Made by a program: the position numbers and the translations under genes. The notes under the pieces are model-generated. The model had not been told where the DNA came from and searched no databases. It saw nothing but the letters and a program-made list of their open reading frames with translations. DNA of 64,000 nucleotides from NCBI RefSeq assembly GCF_009914755.1, contig NC_060931.1. One strand, written 5' to 3'. Shown here piece by piece: positions 38,108 through 54,459 of this stretch. How positions within the stretch are numbered: the stretch's first letter is position 1; every line of letters starts with the position of its first letter. The DNA comes from the human T2T-CHM13v2.0 reference genome, Homo sapiens.

Positions 38108-38330
38108 TCATTCCATCCCTACATCAGCCCTTTATTTCACCAGTGGGGAAGCTGGGACACAGAGTAGTTAGGTGGAATGCCCAAGGTGGGACCACTCGTG
38201 TGAAGTTTCCACACACTAATGTGAGACCCTCCATGACCTAGCCCCTCTCTTTCTCCAGCCTCATTTCCTGATTCTCTCGCTTGCCCTGAAGCCTTCAGCC
38301 ACACAAACTTCTTGAAAGTCCCTTAAATCT

Positions 38331-38622
38331 GGCTGAGCGCAGTGGCTCACGCCTGTAATCTCAGCACTTTGGGAAGCTGAGGCGGCTGGATCACCTGAGA
38401 TCACGAGTTCGAGATCAGCCTGGTCAACATGGTGGAACCCCATCTCTACTAAATATCCCAAAATTAGCCAGGTGTGGTGGATGGCACCTGTAATCCCAGC
38501 TACTCGGGAGACTGAGGCAGGAAAATCGCTTGAACTCGGGAGGCAGAGGTTGCCGTGAGCCAAGGTCGCACCACTCCACCCAAGCCTGGGCGTCAAGAGT
38601 GAAAGTCCGTCTCCAAAAAAAA
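38331..38622 (+). mobile_element. Alu
   Basis: TSD AAAGTCCCTTAAATCT on both sides. Confidence 0.95.
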
Positions 38623-38971
38623 GTCCCTTAAATCTGCTCTATGCCTATCAACCTCAGGGACTTCACTACGCTGTTTCTCACCCTGAAATGCTGTTCCTCA
38701 TTTCTCTACATAGTGAACTCATCCCACCCCCTAGGCCTCTCCTTAGGTCATCTCTTCAAGGAAGATTTTACTTTTTTAATATAACTATTAAAATATAATT
38801 CAGGTACCGTATGATTTGCCCATTTAAAGTGAACAAATCAATGGTTTCAGTGCATTCACAGAGCTCGGCAACCACCATCATGATCAATTTTAAAACATTT
38901 TCATCACCCCAAAAAGAAACGCTGTATCCATGAGCAGTTTCCTGCCATTTCCTCCTCCCACTAAGCCCTGA

Positions 38972-39160
<189 letters not shown>

Positions 39161-39931
39161 TAGATTTGCGTGTTCTGGACATTTCATATAAATGACATCT
39201 TAGAATATGTGACCTTTTGTGACTGGTTTCTTCCACTTAGCTTAATATTCTCATAGTTCATCCGTGTTGTAGCACGTGTTAGTACTTCATTCCTTTTGAT
39301 GACTGAATAATATTCCATTGCATAGTCAAACCATGTTCTATTTCTCCACTCATCAGTAGACAAGCATTTGTGTTGTTTTCACTTTGGCGCTATTATGAAT
39401 AATGCTGCTATGAGCATTTGTGTACAAGTTTCTGGACGGACATATATTTTCATTTCTTTCATAAACTGGAGTGGAAGTGGTGGGTCATAGAACTCTGTGT
39501 TTAATCTTTGGAAGAAGTGCCAGACTGTGTAAGAAAGAAAGCCTTTCCTCACCCTGTGAGACTGAGCTCCCTCTCTCCATTTATACATTCTCTTTAAGCC
39601 CTTTGCTTCTCTTTCAGAGCAATTCACATTGACCTGGGTCACCCTCAACTTAAGGCTCATAACTCCCCTAGATCCTCAGGGTCCACACTAAATGTGATGA
39701 AATATGATGCAAGCCACATATTTACTTTTGCATTTTGTAGTAACCACATTTTAAAAAGTAAAACAAAAGAAGTGAACGTAATTGGAATAATATCACAGAT
39801 TTAAACAAATCTATCCAAAATACCAGGTCAACATGTATAAAATATTTTAACAATAACAAAATACTTTGCTTTCTTTTTATATTAAGTCTTCACAATCTAA
39901 TGTGTATTTGACACTTCTCGCACATTTCAGA

Positions 39932-40740
39932 ATGATGGCAGCAGCCCATATGGGGGGCCCGCCCATGATGCCAATGATGGGCTCTCCTCCTCCTGGGATG
40001 ATGCCAGTGGGACCTGCTCCTGGAATGAGGCCGCCCATGGGAGGCCACATGCCCATGATGCCTGCGTGCCCAATGATGAGACCTCCTGCCCGTCTCATGA
40101 TGGTGCCCAGTCAGCCCAGAATGACTCAACCAGACAGATAAGGATAGAGGGGAGGCCTCATTGCATCAGTGTTGTTTTGTTGTTGTTACTGTTGTGTTTT
40201 TTTTGTTTGTAATGTTTTGTTTTGTTTTTGAGACAGAGTCTTCCTCTGTCGCCCAGGCTGGAGGGCAGTGGCATGATCTCAGCTCACTGAAACCTCCACC
40301 TCCCGGGTTCAAGCGATTCCCCTGCCTCAGCCTCCTGAGTAGTGTGGGACTACAGGCGTGTGCACCATGCCCGGCTAATTTTTTTTTATTTTAGTAGAAA
40401 CGGGGTTTCACCATGTTGGCCAGGACGGTCTCAATCTCCTGACCTCGTGACCCGCTCGCCTCAGCCTCCGAAAGTGCTGGGATTACAGGTGTGAGCCACT
40501 GCGCCTGGCCTATATGAATTTTATATTTACCTGCTCCCTTCACCAGGAGATCATGCTGCTGTGATATCGGGTTTTCTTAACAGCATAAGGAAGACTTGCC
40601 CCCTTGCCCTATCAAAGAGAATAGTTTTGGAGGGGAGAAGTGGGGCCAAAAAAGATGCAGTTTTCATTTGTATAGGGAAATGTGAAAATAAAATTGCCAA
40701 CTCCTTTAGTTAAAAACAAAAAAAAAAGAAAAGAAAACAA
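39932..40740 (+). pseudogene. SNRPCP9: 5'-truncated processed pseudogene of SNRPC (U1-C); probably SNRPCP9
   Basis: [17 protein letters not shown]...MTQPDR* (39932-40141) matches the U1-C C-terminus; 3'UTR interrupted by an Alu; AATAAA at 40687-40692 and A-tail about 40713-40740. The numbered symbol is from memory. Confidence 0.85.
40218..40510 (-). mobile_element. Alu inserted in the SNRPC pseudogene 3'UTR
   Basis: Alu consensus with SNRPC UTR-like sequence on both sides. Confidence 0.92.
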
Positions 40741-42039
40741 GACGTGGGGCTGCCAAATGCAATACTGTGGATTCCACGGATCTTCTACTCTGGAGGCTAA
40801 TATTATCTTTGCTGAAGCCAGACCAACCTGACACAAAGACCTTTTGGTTTTTTAATGTGACTGTGTTTTATTTTAGAATGTGTAATTCACTTTAGAAGGG
40901 CAAAGTACCTGTCTGGGGAAGACTATTTAATTTCCTGAATTTATTTAGAACGTTGGCTGATGTTATTATGAAGGAAAACAGCTCTAACAACTGAGTGCCC
41001 CCCACATAGACACAGCTCATGAGTTCACAGGGCAAAGGAATTGAACAGCAGCCTCCTAATAGCCGGCCATCTTTGTGATGTGGAAATAATTATCAGCATG
41101 TAAAAGTCTATATATATATTCAACAATTCTGACCCCCTGCAAAATTCAAATCTACAACTGATTTGCTTCCTGGGCTCCTGAAAACAACTTTGTCAAAATT
41201 GTTCAGAAATATAATCAGCCAATCGTTGCCCCTTGGGGACGCAGGATAAAGCAAGTCATCCATGACCAATGTGGAGTCGGCCGTGCACAATTACATGCAG
41301 ACCTGCAGGACATCGAGTCCCTGCTATGGTCCCTCCCCAGTCAGGCCCCCATTGCCTGGGCTGCAGCCAGAAGCATTCAGGCACAAGTGCATTCAACCAA
41401 TACTTACTTAATTGTATTGGTGGTTAGAGGGTTGCGATTGATTAAGGTACATTAATGGATGCATGTCCTCCCTGTATCCAAGACTCTGTCATTTGTCTCT
41501 GCAGTTCCTCCCACTGAAGAATCGGAGTATATTTCTCCAGTCCCTAATGTTGAGTTTTGAATTGTGTCTAGCTTTGGCCACTGGAATATTAATCTGTATG
41601 ACCAAAAACTTGGAAAGTGTGCATTCAATTGTGCTCGCTCACTCCTGCTATCACCATGAGAACAAGCCCAGGCCAGACTGCTGCTTCCAGCAGAAGATAA
41701 GAGACACCAAGAGCAAAGTCGAGCTTCCCAGACATGCTCATGCTAGATTGACCAATCCTCAGCTGACCCATAGATCCATGAAAATAAACGATTGTTGTAT
41801 TAAGCCACTGAGATTTGGAGTGACTTGTTATGCAGCATTTTGTGACAACAACTAACTGATACAAGGGTCACCATCCTTTATCTCTGTAGATTTTAACCAA
41901 TTTTTAATAGCTAGATGGAGATCTTCTAGTTGCCTTTATTTATAATGAATATGACTGTAGAGCTTGTTTGGCCTGACACTACCAGTAACCTATCCAGAAA
42001 TTCAGAAATACTTTCTTCTCCAACCCGCCCCAACCAACC

Positions 42040-42337
42040 TTTTGTTTGTTTGTTTGTTTTTGGGTTCTCCCTCTTTGCCTAGGCTAGAGTACAAATGGTA
42101 CAGTCAGAGCTCACTGTAACCTCAAAATCCTGGGCTCAAGTGATCTTACCCTTCAGCCTCCTATGTAGCTAAGACTACAGACATGTGCCACCATGCCTGG
42201 CTAATTTTTTTATTCTTTGCAGAGAGAGGGTCTCACTATATTGCCCAAGTTGGTTTCAAACTCCTGGCCTCAAGCAGTCCTCCTGCCTCACCCTTCCAAA
42301 GTGCTAGGATTATAGGCATGAGCCACCACACCCAGCC
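42040..42337 (-). mobile_element. AluJ-like
   Basis: Diverged Alu consensus. Confidence 0.85.
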
Positions 42338-42456
42338 TCTTATTCTTTTTAAATAGAAACCTTATTTTATTCTGACAGTGGGTTGCTTTCTTTTTTTTTT
42401 TTTTTTTTAAGAAAAAGTTGGCCCAGCCCCAGGGAATAAATTTTGACTGCTCTAAA

Positions 42457-42676
42457 CAGGGTTGGCCAACTATAGACCAAGGGCCAAATCTGGCCCTCTG
42501 ACTGTATAAATTAAGTTTTACTGGAATAAAACCAGGTCCATTGATTTATCCATTGTCTACATAAGCTTTTAGGCTACGATGGCACCACTGTGTCACTACG
42601 ACAGAGGTTATCTAGACCAAAAGCCTAAAATATTACCGTTTGCATCTTTATGGAAAAAGTTTGCCATTCCCTAGTC
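42457..42676. mobile_element. MER58A-like hAT-Charlie relic
   Basis: cagggttggccaactat...gggccaaatctggccc...gaaaaagtttgcc. Confidence 0.7.
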
Positions 42677-43300
42677 TAAGGTTTAGATTCTGAGCTTATC
42701 ATTTTAGCCTAACCCCCCTTACCAGTGACTGGCTAAAAACAAGTCTGTGATTCCATTCTGACTGTTCTACTGAGGGAATTCCCCCTTCTTCTCATGCAGA
42801 GCTGATGAGGGTTAGTTGTATTAATAGGACATACACTCAGGTTTTCTGAAAAATACTTTTATCTAGAAATGCATAGGAATATGCTGGTGCCTGAATGTAC
42901 CATCTGGGGGCCTGGAGATTGACTCATCTGCCTCCAGAGCTAGTGCTCACACTTACTACTGAGAGGCCTGAGGAAATGCCTGCCTACCCACCACCAGAAC
43001 CTGCATATGTCACCTGGAGAACTAGAGATCAGCCTGCCACGCACACCACCCAGGAGCCCAGTGGTGCACCTGCCCACTTGGCCCAGTGCTGCCACTGCCA
43101 GCAACCAAAGGAGCCACCTGGAGGCCCAGGGATTGGCCCACGCAGACAGGCTATCATCAGTGCCCACAAACACTGCCCACAGTCCCTAGTATTGACACAC
43201 CTGGTCCACCACCGCTACCACTGATGCTGAAGGACAAGACTTCCTGGCATCCCCATCCTCAGCAAAGCCTCACCACAGCCTCCAATAACAACTACAGTCT

Positions 43301-43623
<323 letters not shown>

Positions 43624-44663
43624 TCACAGGCACCACTCATGCCAATTACAGCTGAAGGAATCATATGCAGACTATACCACTGTACCCACCCAGAATCAAA
43701 GCCAAAGTGTGATATCCAATGAACACTGTAGATACAGCTATAAGAAAAGGTCTTTCCCATATAAAAGCCAATCCATAAAATTGGAAGAAATGACTGTTAT
43801 GTCAGAGGCACAGATAGTCACATAAGGATGCAAGAAATATGAAAAAGGAAACATAACATCTCCAAAGAAGCACAATAATTCTCCAGCAACAGATCCAATG
43901 AAAAGAAAATCTATGAAATGCCTGAAAAAAATTCAGAATAATGTTATTAAAGAAACTCAGGGAGATACAAGAGAACACAGATAATGAATACAAAAAAAAA
44001 AAAAAAAAAAAAAACCAAACAGGAAAACAATTCAGTATCTGAACGACAAATTCAACAGAGATAGACAGCATAACAAAGAACCAAACACAAATCCTGGAAG
44101 AGAATAAATCATTGAAATAAATACAAAAGATAATTGACAGCTTTAACAATAGACTAGATCAAGCAAAACAAAGAATTTCTGAACCTGAAGACTAGTCTTT
44201 TAAAATAATCCAGTCAGACAAAAAGAAAGAAAAAAGAATGAAGCAAGGCTACATGACATATGGGACACATATGTCACCAAAAACTGAAATTCTGGGAGTT
44301 CTGGATGGAGATGAGATGGGTAAAGGCATAGAAAACCTATTTAATAAAATAATAACTGAAAACTTCCTGAATGCTTCCAAATGCAGGAAGCTCAAAGATT
44401 ACCAAATAAATACAACTCAAAAAGGTCTTCTCCAAGGCACATTATTGTAAAATTGTCAAAAGACAAAGAGAAAATGCTAAAAACAGCAAGAGAAAGGCAT
44501 CAAGTCACTTATAAGAGAATCTCCATCAGGCTAACAGGGGATTTCTCAGCAGAAACCTTACAGGCTAGGAGAAAAGGGGATGTATACTACAAGTAAAATA
44601 AAAATAAAAAAATGTAAGCCAAAAATACTATATCCAGCAAAGCTATCCTTCACAAATGAAGAA

Positions 44664-44820
44664 GCCTGGCACAGTGGCTCACATCTGCAATTCCAGAGAC
44701 TCAAAAGGCTGAGGCAGGAGGACCATTTGATCCCAGGAGTTCAAGGCTGCAGTGAGCTATGATCATGCCACTGTACTCCAGCCTGGGTGGCAGAGTGAGA
44801 CTCCATTGCTAAAAAAAAAA
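44664..44820 (+). mobile_element. Alu monomer nested in L1
   Basis: Single arm with A-tail. Confidence 0.85.
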
Positions 44821-45084
44821 TAGTAATAATAAAAGAGAAAAAAGTATTTCCCAGATAAGCAAAAGACTGTTTGTTTGTGTCTTGTTTGTTGTGGTCCTAC
44901 AAGAAATGTTTAAGGGAGTCCTACATTGGGAAGCAAAAGAACAATATCTACCATCATGAAAATACATGAAAGTATAAAACTCACTAGTAGTTCAGACACA
45001 CAAAGAAGAAAGGATTCAAACATCACCACTAAAGAAACCCACCAAACTGCAACCATAAATAATGAGAGAAAAAAGGAACAAAGG

Positions 45085-47388
45085 TGTATTAGTCTGTTTT
45101 CACACTGCTGATAAAGACATACCTGACTGAGACTGGGCAATTTACAAAAGAAAGAGGTTTAATGGACTTACACTTCCACATAGCTGAGGAAGCCTAAGAA
45201 TCACGTTGGAAGGCAAGAAGAAGCAAGTCATGTCTCACATGGATGGCAGCAATCAAAGATAGAGCTTCTGCAGAGAAACTACCCTTTTCAAAACCATCAC
45301 ACCTTGTGAGACGTATTCACTATCATGAGAACAGCATGGGAAAGACCTGCCCCCATGACTCAATTACTTCCCACCAGGTCCCTCCCACAACATGTGGGAA
45401 TTCAAGATGAGACTTGGGTGGGGACACAACCAAACTGTATCATTCTGCCCCTGGCCCTTCCCAAATCTCATATCCTCACATTTCAAAACCAATCATGCCT
45501 TCCCAACAGTCCCCCAAAGTCTTAACTAAGTTCAGCATTAACTCAAAAGTCCACAGTCCAAAGTCTCATGTGAGACAAGGCAAATCCCTTCTGCCTATGA
45601 GCATGTAAAATCAAAAACAAGTTAGTTACTTCCTAGATACAATGGGGGTATAGGCATTGGGTAAACACAGTCATTCCAAATGGCAGAAAATTGTCAAAAC
45701 AAAGGGGCTACAGGACCCATGCAAGCCCAAAATCCAGTGGGGCAGTCAAATCTCAAAGCTCCAAAATGATCTCCTTTGATTCCATGTCTCACATGCAGGT
45801 CATGCTGATGTAAGAGGTGGGCTCCCATGGCCTTGGGAGAAAAAAGGCCACAGCTCCACTCCTGTGGGTTTAAACCCCCTCCTGGCTCCTTTCACGGGTT
45901 GGCATTGAGTGTCTGCAGCTTTTCCAGGCACACAGTGCAAGCTGTCAGTGAATCCACCATTCCGAGGTCTGGAGGATGGTGGCCCTCTTCTCACAGCTCC
46001 ACTAGGTGGCGCTGCAGTAGGGACTCTATGTGGGGGCTCCGACCCCACATTTCCCTTCTGCACTGCCCTAGTAGAGGTTCTCCATGAGTGCCCTGCCCCT
46101 GCAGCAAACTCCTGCCTGGATATCTAGGCATTTCCATACACCTTCTGAAATCTAGGCAGCAGTTCCCAAACCTCAATTTTTGACTTCTGTGCACCCACAG
46201 GCTCAACACTATGTGGAAGCTGCTAAGGCTTGGGGCTTGCACCCTCTGAAGCCATAGCCCACGTTGTACCTTGGCTCCTTTTAGCTGCAGCTGGAGTGGC
46301 TAGGACTCAGGCACCCTAGGCTGCTCACAACATGGGTCCCTGGGTCCAGGCCACAAAACCATCTTTTCTTCCTAGGCCTCTGGACCTTTGATGGGAGGGG
46401 CTGCCATGAAGACCTGTGACATGCCCTGGAGACATTTTCCCCATTGTCTTGGGGATTCACATTTGACTCTAGTTACTTAAAGAAACTTCTGCAGCCAGAT
46501 CGAATTTTTCTTGAGAAAATGGGATTTTCTTTTCTATTGCATTGTCAGGCTGCAGATTTTCCAAACTTTCATGCTCTGCTTCCCTTATAAAACTGAAGGC
46601 CTTTAACAGCACCCAAGTCATCTCTTGAATGCTTTGCTGCTTAGAAATTTCTTCTATCAGATACCCTAAATCTCAAGTTCAAATACCCTATCAGATACCC
46701 TAAATCTCTCAAGTTCAAAATTCCACAAATCTCTACAGCAGGGGCAAAAAGCCACCAGTCTCTTTGCTAAAACATAACAGGAGTCACCATTGTGCCAGTT
46801 CCTAACAAGTTCCTCATTTCCATCTGAGACAACCTAAGCCTAGACTTTATTGTCCATATAACCATCAGCATTTTGGGCAAGTCTCTAGGAAATCTCTTCC
46901 AAATTTTCCCACATTTTCCTGTCTCCTTCTGAGCCCTCCAAACTGTTCCAGCCTCTGCCTGTTTCCCAGTTCCAAAGTCACTTCCACATATTCAGGTATC
47001 TTTTAGCAACACCCCACTTCTGGTACTAATTTACTGTATTAGTCCATTTTCACACAGCTGATAAAGACACATTCAAGACTGGGAAATTTACAAAAGAAAG
47101 AGGTTTAATGGACTTACAGTTCTACATTGCTGGGGAGGCTTCAAAATCATTGCGGAAGTCAAGGAGAGGCAAGTCACATCTTACAGGGATGGCAGCAGGC
47201 AAAGAGAGAGCTTGAGCAGGGAAACTCCTCCTTTTAAAACCATCAGATCTCATGAGACTTATTCACTATTAAAAGAATAGCATGGGAAATACCTGCCTCC
47301 ATGATTCAACTACTTCCCACTGGATCCCTCCCACAACACATGGGAATTCAAGATGAGATCTGAGTGGGGACACAGCCAAACCATATCA
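45085..47388 (-). mobile_element. Complete THE1 (B/C-like) MaLR: LTR 45085-45442, internal region, LTR 47035-47388
   Basis: Two direct repeats of about 355 bp, each TG...CA; 5-bp TSD AAAGG at 45080-45084 and 47389-47393. Confidence 0.93.
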
Positions 47389-49562
47389 AAAGGATATACA
47401 AAATAACCAGAAAACAATGAACAAAATGACAGGAATAAGTCCTCACCTATCAATAATAACTTCGAATATGGGTTAAATTACCTACCTAAAAGATAGAGAC
47501 AGGCTTAATGGATAAAAAATGACCCAACAACGTCTACAAGAAACTCACTTCACTTGTAAAGACACACACAGACTGAAAGTGAAGGGATGGAAAAAGATAT
47601 ACCACACAAACAGAAATCAAAAATAATCAGGAGTAGCTAAACTTACATCAGATAAAACAGACTTTAAGTCAAAAACTGTAAAAAGGACAAAGAAGGTCAT
47701 TATATGGTAATAAAGGGATCAATTCAGCAACAAAGTATAACAATTCCAAATATGCATGCAACCAACACAAGCACATCCAGAGACATAGAGCAAATATTAT
47801 TAAATCTACATGGAGAGATAGAGTCCAATACAATGATAGTTGAGAACTTCAATATCCTACTCTCAGCATTGGACAGTTCATCTAGACATAAAATCAACAA
47901 AGAAACATTGATTTAAGCTGCACTTTAGACCAAATGGACCTAACAGATATTTTCAGAATATTTCATCCAGCAGCAGCAGAATATACAATCATCTCATCAA
48001 CACATGGAACATTCTCCAGGATAGACCATATGTTAGGACACAGAACAAGGCTCAATAAAATTTTAAAAATTAAAATCATATCAAGTATCTTCTCAGACCA
48101 CAATGGAATAAAACTTGAAATCAATAAGAAGAAGAAATTTGGAAACTGTACAAATACATGGACATTAAACATGCTATTGAATAATCATTGGGTCAATGAA
48201 GAAATTAAGATGGACATCAAAAATTTTTTTTAAACAGAAAATGGAAACACATCATGCAAAACCTATGGGATACAACAAAAGCAGTACTAGGAGAAAAGTT
48301 TATATCAATAAATGCCTACACCAAAAAAGTAGAAAGATTTCAAATAAACGACCTAATGATGCACCTCAAGGAACTCAAAATGCAAGAACAAATCAAACAC
48401 ACAATTAGTAGAAAGAAAAAATATAAATAACATAGCAGAACCAAATGCAACAGAGACAAAAAAGAAATGCAAAGAATCAACAAGATAAAAGTTGGTTTTT
48501 TGAAAAGTTAAACAAAATTGATAAACCACTAGTGAGGCTAACCAAAAAAAAAAAAAAAAAAAAAAGACCCAAATAAATACAATCAGAAATGAAAAAGGAG
48601 ACATTACAACTGTTACCAAAGAAATAAAAAGGATCATTAGAGGCTATTATGAACAACCATAGGCTAACAAATTGGAAAACCTAGAGGAAAGGGATAAATT
48701 CCCAGACATACACAGCCTACCAAGATTGAACTAGGAAGAAACAGAAAACCTGAACTGACCCAAAATGAATAGCAGGTTTGACTCAGTAACATAAAGTCTC
48801 CCAAAAGAGAAAAGCCCTAGACTAGGCTTTTATGCTGATTTCTACCCAATTTATAAAGAAAAACAAACACCAATTCTTCTCAAACTATTCCCAAAAATTG
48901 AAGAGGAAGGAATTCTTCCTAACTCATTGTATAAGGCCAGCATTACCCTGATATCCAATCAAGACAAGGACGCAACAAAAGGAGAAAACTACAGGCCAAT
49001 ATTCCTAATGAACATAGATGGTAAAATTCTCAGCATAATACTACCAAGCCAAATCTAATGAGGAATGAAAAAGATAATATACCATGATCAAGTGGGATTT
49101 ATCCCAGGAATGCAAAGATGGCTCAACATACACAAATCAATACATGTGATACATCACATCAACAAGATGAAAGGCAAAAACTATCTGATCATCTCAGCAG
49201 ATGCAGAAAAATCACTCAGTAAAACTTACCATTCCTTCATGATGAAAACTCTCAACAAATTATGCATACAAGGAACACTTCAACCTAAGAAAAGGCATAT
49301 GTGACAAATCTACAGCTAACATCCTACTCACTGGGAAAAATTGAAAAGCCTTTCCTCTAAGAACTGGAACAAGACAAGGATGTCCACTTTCACCACTCTT
49401 ATTCAACACAGTATGGGACATCCAAGCCAGAGTGATCAGACAAGATAAAGAAATAAAAGGCATCCAAATGGACAAAAGGAGGTCAAATTGTCTCACTTTG
49501 CAAATGACATAATCTTATACCTGTAAACAGAAAAACCTAAAGACTCTACCAAAAAACTCTTA

Positions 49563-49870
<308 letters not shown>

Positions 49871-50368
49871 ATTTTTAAAAACGGATGTATAATTCAGTAA
49901 AGCTTCAGGACACAAAATCAACATACAAAAATCAGTAATGTTTCTATATACCAGTAACAAACTAGCTAAAATAGAAATCAAGGAAGAAATTCTATTTACA
50001 ATAGCTACAAAAATAAAATACCTAGGAATAAACTTAACCAAGGATGAGGAAAAAAAAAACAACAAAAAACCTCTACAATGAAAACCACAAAACGCTGATA
50101 AAATAAATTGAGAAGGACACAAACAAATGGAAAGGCATCTTATGCTTGTGGGTTGGAATAACTAATACTGTTAAAATGACCATACTACCTGAAGCAATCT
50201 AGAGATTCAGTATAATCCCTATCAATTATATTCTTCACAGAAACAGGAAAAAAATACCCTGAAATTCATATGGAACCACAGAAGACCCCAAATAGCCAGA
50301 GCAATACTGAGCAAAAAGAACAAAGCTAGAAGCCTCACACTACCTGATTTAAAAATATACTGCAAAGA

Positions 50369-50675
50369 GGCCGGGCGAGGTGGCTCAAGCCTATATCCCA
50401 GCACTTTGGGAGGCCAAGGCGGGTGGATCACAAGGTCAGGAGATCGAGACCATCCTGGCTAACACGGTGAAACCCCGTCTCTACTAAAAAAAAAAAAACA
50501 AAAAATTAGCCAGGCGTGGTGGTGGGCATCTGTAGTCCCAGCAGCTACTCAGGAGGCTGAGGCAGGAGAATGGCATGAACCCGGGAGGAAGAGCTTGCAG
50601 TGAGCAGAGATCACGCCACTGCACTCCAGCCTCGGCGACAGAGCAAGACTCCATCTCAAAAAGAAAAAAAAAAAA
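50369..50675 (+). mobile_element. AluY-like nested in L1
   Basis: TSD ATATACTGCAAAG at 50355-50367 and 50840-50852. Confidence 0.95.
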
Positions 50676-50678
50676 CCA

Positions 50679-50762
50679 CATATATATATGTATATATATA
50701 TATATGTGTATATATACGTATATATGTATATGTGTGTGTGTATATATATATGTATATATGTG

Positions 50763-50843
<81 letters not shown>
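50679..50843. repeat. Compound (TA)/(TG)/(CA)/(TA) microsatellite
   Basis: About 165 bp of alternating purine-pyrimidine. Confidence 0.97.
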
Positions 50844-50845
<2 letters not shown>

Positions 50846-52034
50846 TGCAAAGCTATAGTAACCAAAACAGCGTGTATTGGTATTAAAACAGACACAAAAA
50901 CAAAGGAAACAGACTAAAGAATCCAGAAATGAATCCACATATTTACAGCTAACTGATTTTCAAGAAAGCTGTCAAGAACATACATTGAATAAAGGACACC
51001 CCACCCTCTTCATTAAATGGTGCCAGGAAAACTAGATATCCAAACAGAGAAGAATAAAACTAGACCCTTATCTCTCATCACTTACAAAAATAAACTCAAA
51101 ATCAATTAAAGACTTAAATGTAACAGCCACAACTATAAAACTACTAGAAATAAACACAGGAGAAACTCTTGAGAACAAAGATTGTATCGCTAACACTTAA
51201 AAGTACAAGCAACAAAAACAGACAAATGGGATTATATTAAACTAAATACCTTCTGCGTATCAAAGAAAACAATCAACAGAGTGAAAAGACAACACCCCTC
51301 CCTTACACCATACACAAAAATTAACTCAAGATGGCCTACAGACTTAAATGTAAAACCCATAACTATAAAAACGCTGAAGACAACCTAGGCAATACCATCC
51401 GGTACGTAGTGATGGGCAAAGAGTTCATGGTGAAGATGCCAAACGCAATTGCCACAAAAGCAAAAATTGACAAATGGGATCTAATTAAATGAAAGAGCTT
51501 CTGCACAGCAAAAGAAACTATCAAAAAATAAACAGACATTTCTCAAAAGAAAATATACAAATCACCAAGTTTATGAAAAAATATTCAACATCACTAATCA
51601 TCACGGAAATGCAAATCAAAACCACAATGAGATATCATCACACACTTGTTAGAATGGGTATTAAAAAGACAAAGCACAACAAATGCTGGCAAGCATGTGA
51701 AGAAAAGAAAATTATTGTATATTGTTGGTGGGAATGTAAATTAGTACAGCCATTATGAAAAAAAGTACAGAGATTTCTCAAAAAACTAAGAACAGATCTA
51801 CCATATGATGCAGCAATCCCACTCCTGGGTATATATCCAAAAAAAGATATCAGTGTATCAACGGGATATCTGTACCCCCATATTTACTGCAGCACTATTT
51901 ACAATAGCCAAGATATGGAATCAATCTAAGTGTCAATCAATGGATGAATGGATAAAGAAAATGGGAATATACACACAATAGAATAGTATTCAGCCATAAA
52001 AAAGAATGAAATCCTGTCATTTTCAGCTGTCATT

Positions 52035-53509
<1,475 letters not shown>

Positions 53510-54151
53510 TAAAGCCAATCAAGTGTTGAATAAAATTGCAACTTGGGCTGCTTTTCTTTGCATTTTTTACATTTCAATGGTTTTTAATATATTCAGAGAT
53601 GTACACAAACATTACCAGTCAATTTTAGAACATTTCATGACCTCAAAAAGAAACCTCATACGCTTTAGCTAACACCCCCATCCTCCCATGCCCCTACCAG
53701 CCCTAAGCAACCACTAATCGACTTCCTATTTCTATAGACTTCCATCTGAATGAAATCATGTAGAATGTGATCTTTCATCTGTTTTGAAGGTTCATCCACG
53801 CTGTAGCGTATGTACTTTCCTCCTTTTTGTGATCAAATAATATTCCACCATGTGGGTAGACAACAATAGGTGTATCTCTTCATCTGGTGATGGGCATTTG
53901 GATTAACTCTCTCTTTGGGTTATTAGGAGTGATGCTACTGTAATTATTCATGTACAAAATTTTGTGTGGACCTGTGCTTTCATTTTTGAATATGAAAATA
54001 TTGCGCATCTCCAAGGAAGACATACAAGTGGCCAATAAGCACATGAAAAGATGCTCAATGAAATTCATCATCAGGGAAACAGAAATCAAAACCACAATGA
54101 GATACCACTTCATACCCATAAGCATGGCTAGAATCGAAGATAGAGAAAATT

Positions 54152-54459
54152 GGCCTGGTGCAGTGGCTCAAGCCTGTAATCCCAGCACTTTGGGAGACCG
54201 AGGCAGGTGGATCACCTGAGGCCAGGAGTGTGAGACCAGCCTGGCCAACATGGTGAAACCCTGTCTGTACTAAAAAAATACAAAAATTAGCCAGGCATGG
54301 TGGCAGGTGCCTATAATCCCAGCTACTCGGGAGGCTGAGGCAGGAGAGTAACTTGAATCTGGAGGCAGAGGTTGCAGTGAGCTGAGATTGTGCCACTGCA
54401 CTCCAGCCTGGGTGATGGAGCAAGACTTTGTCTCAAAAAAAAAAAAAAAAAAAAAAAAA
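54152..54459 (+). mobile_element. Alu nested in an L1M fragment
   Basis: Alu consensus; AGAAAAT on both flanks. Confidence 0.93.

Noticed and set aside
40160-40168. ATTGCATCA (and TGATGCAAA at 63043) as distal ATF4 sites
   Set aside because: Frequency is compatible with chance and there is no supporting context; the first lies in a pseudogene UTR.
50484-50938. Several overlapping YI/CV/HT-rich ORFs
   Set aside because: Translations of a dinucleotide microsatellite plus Alu.
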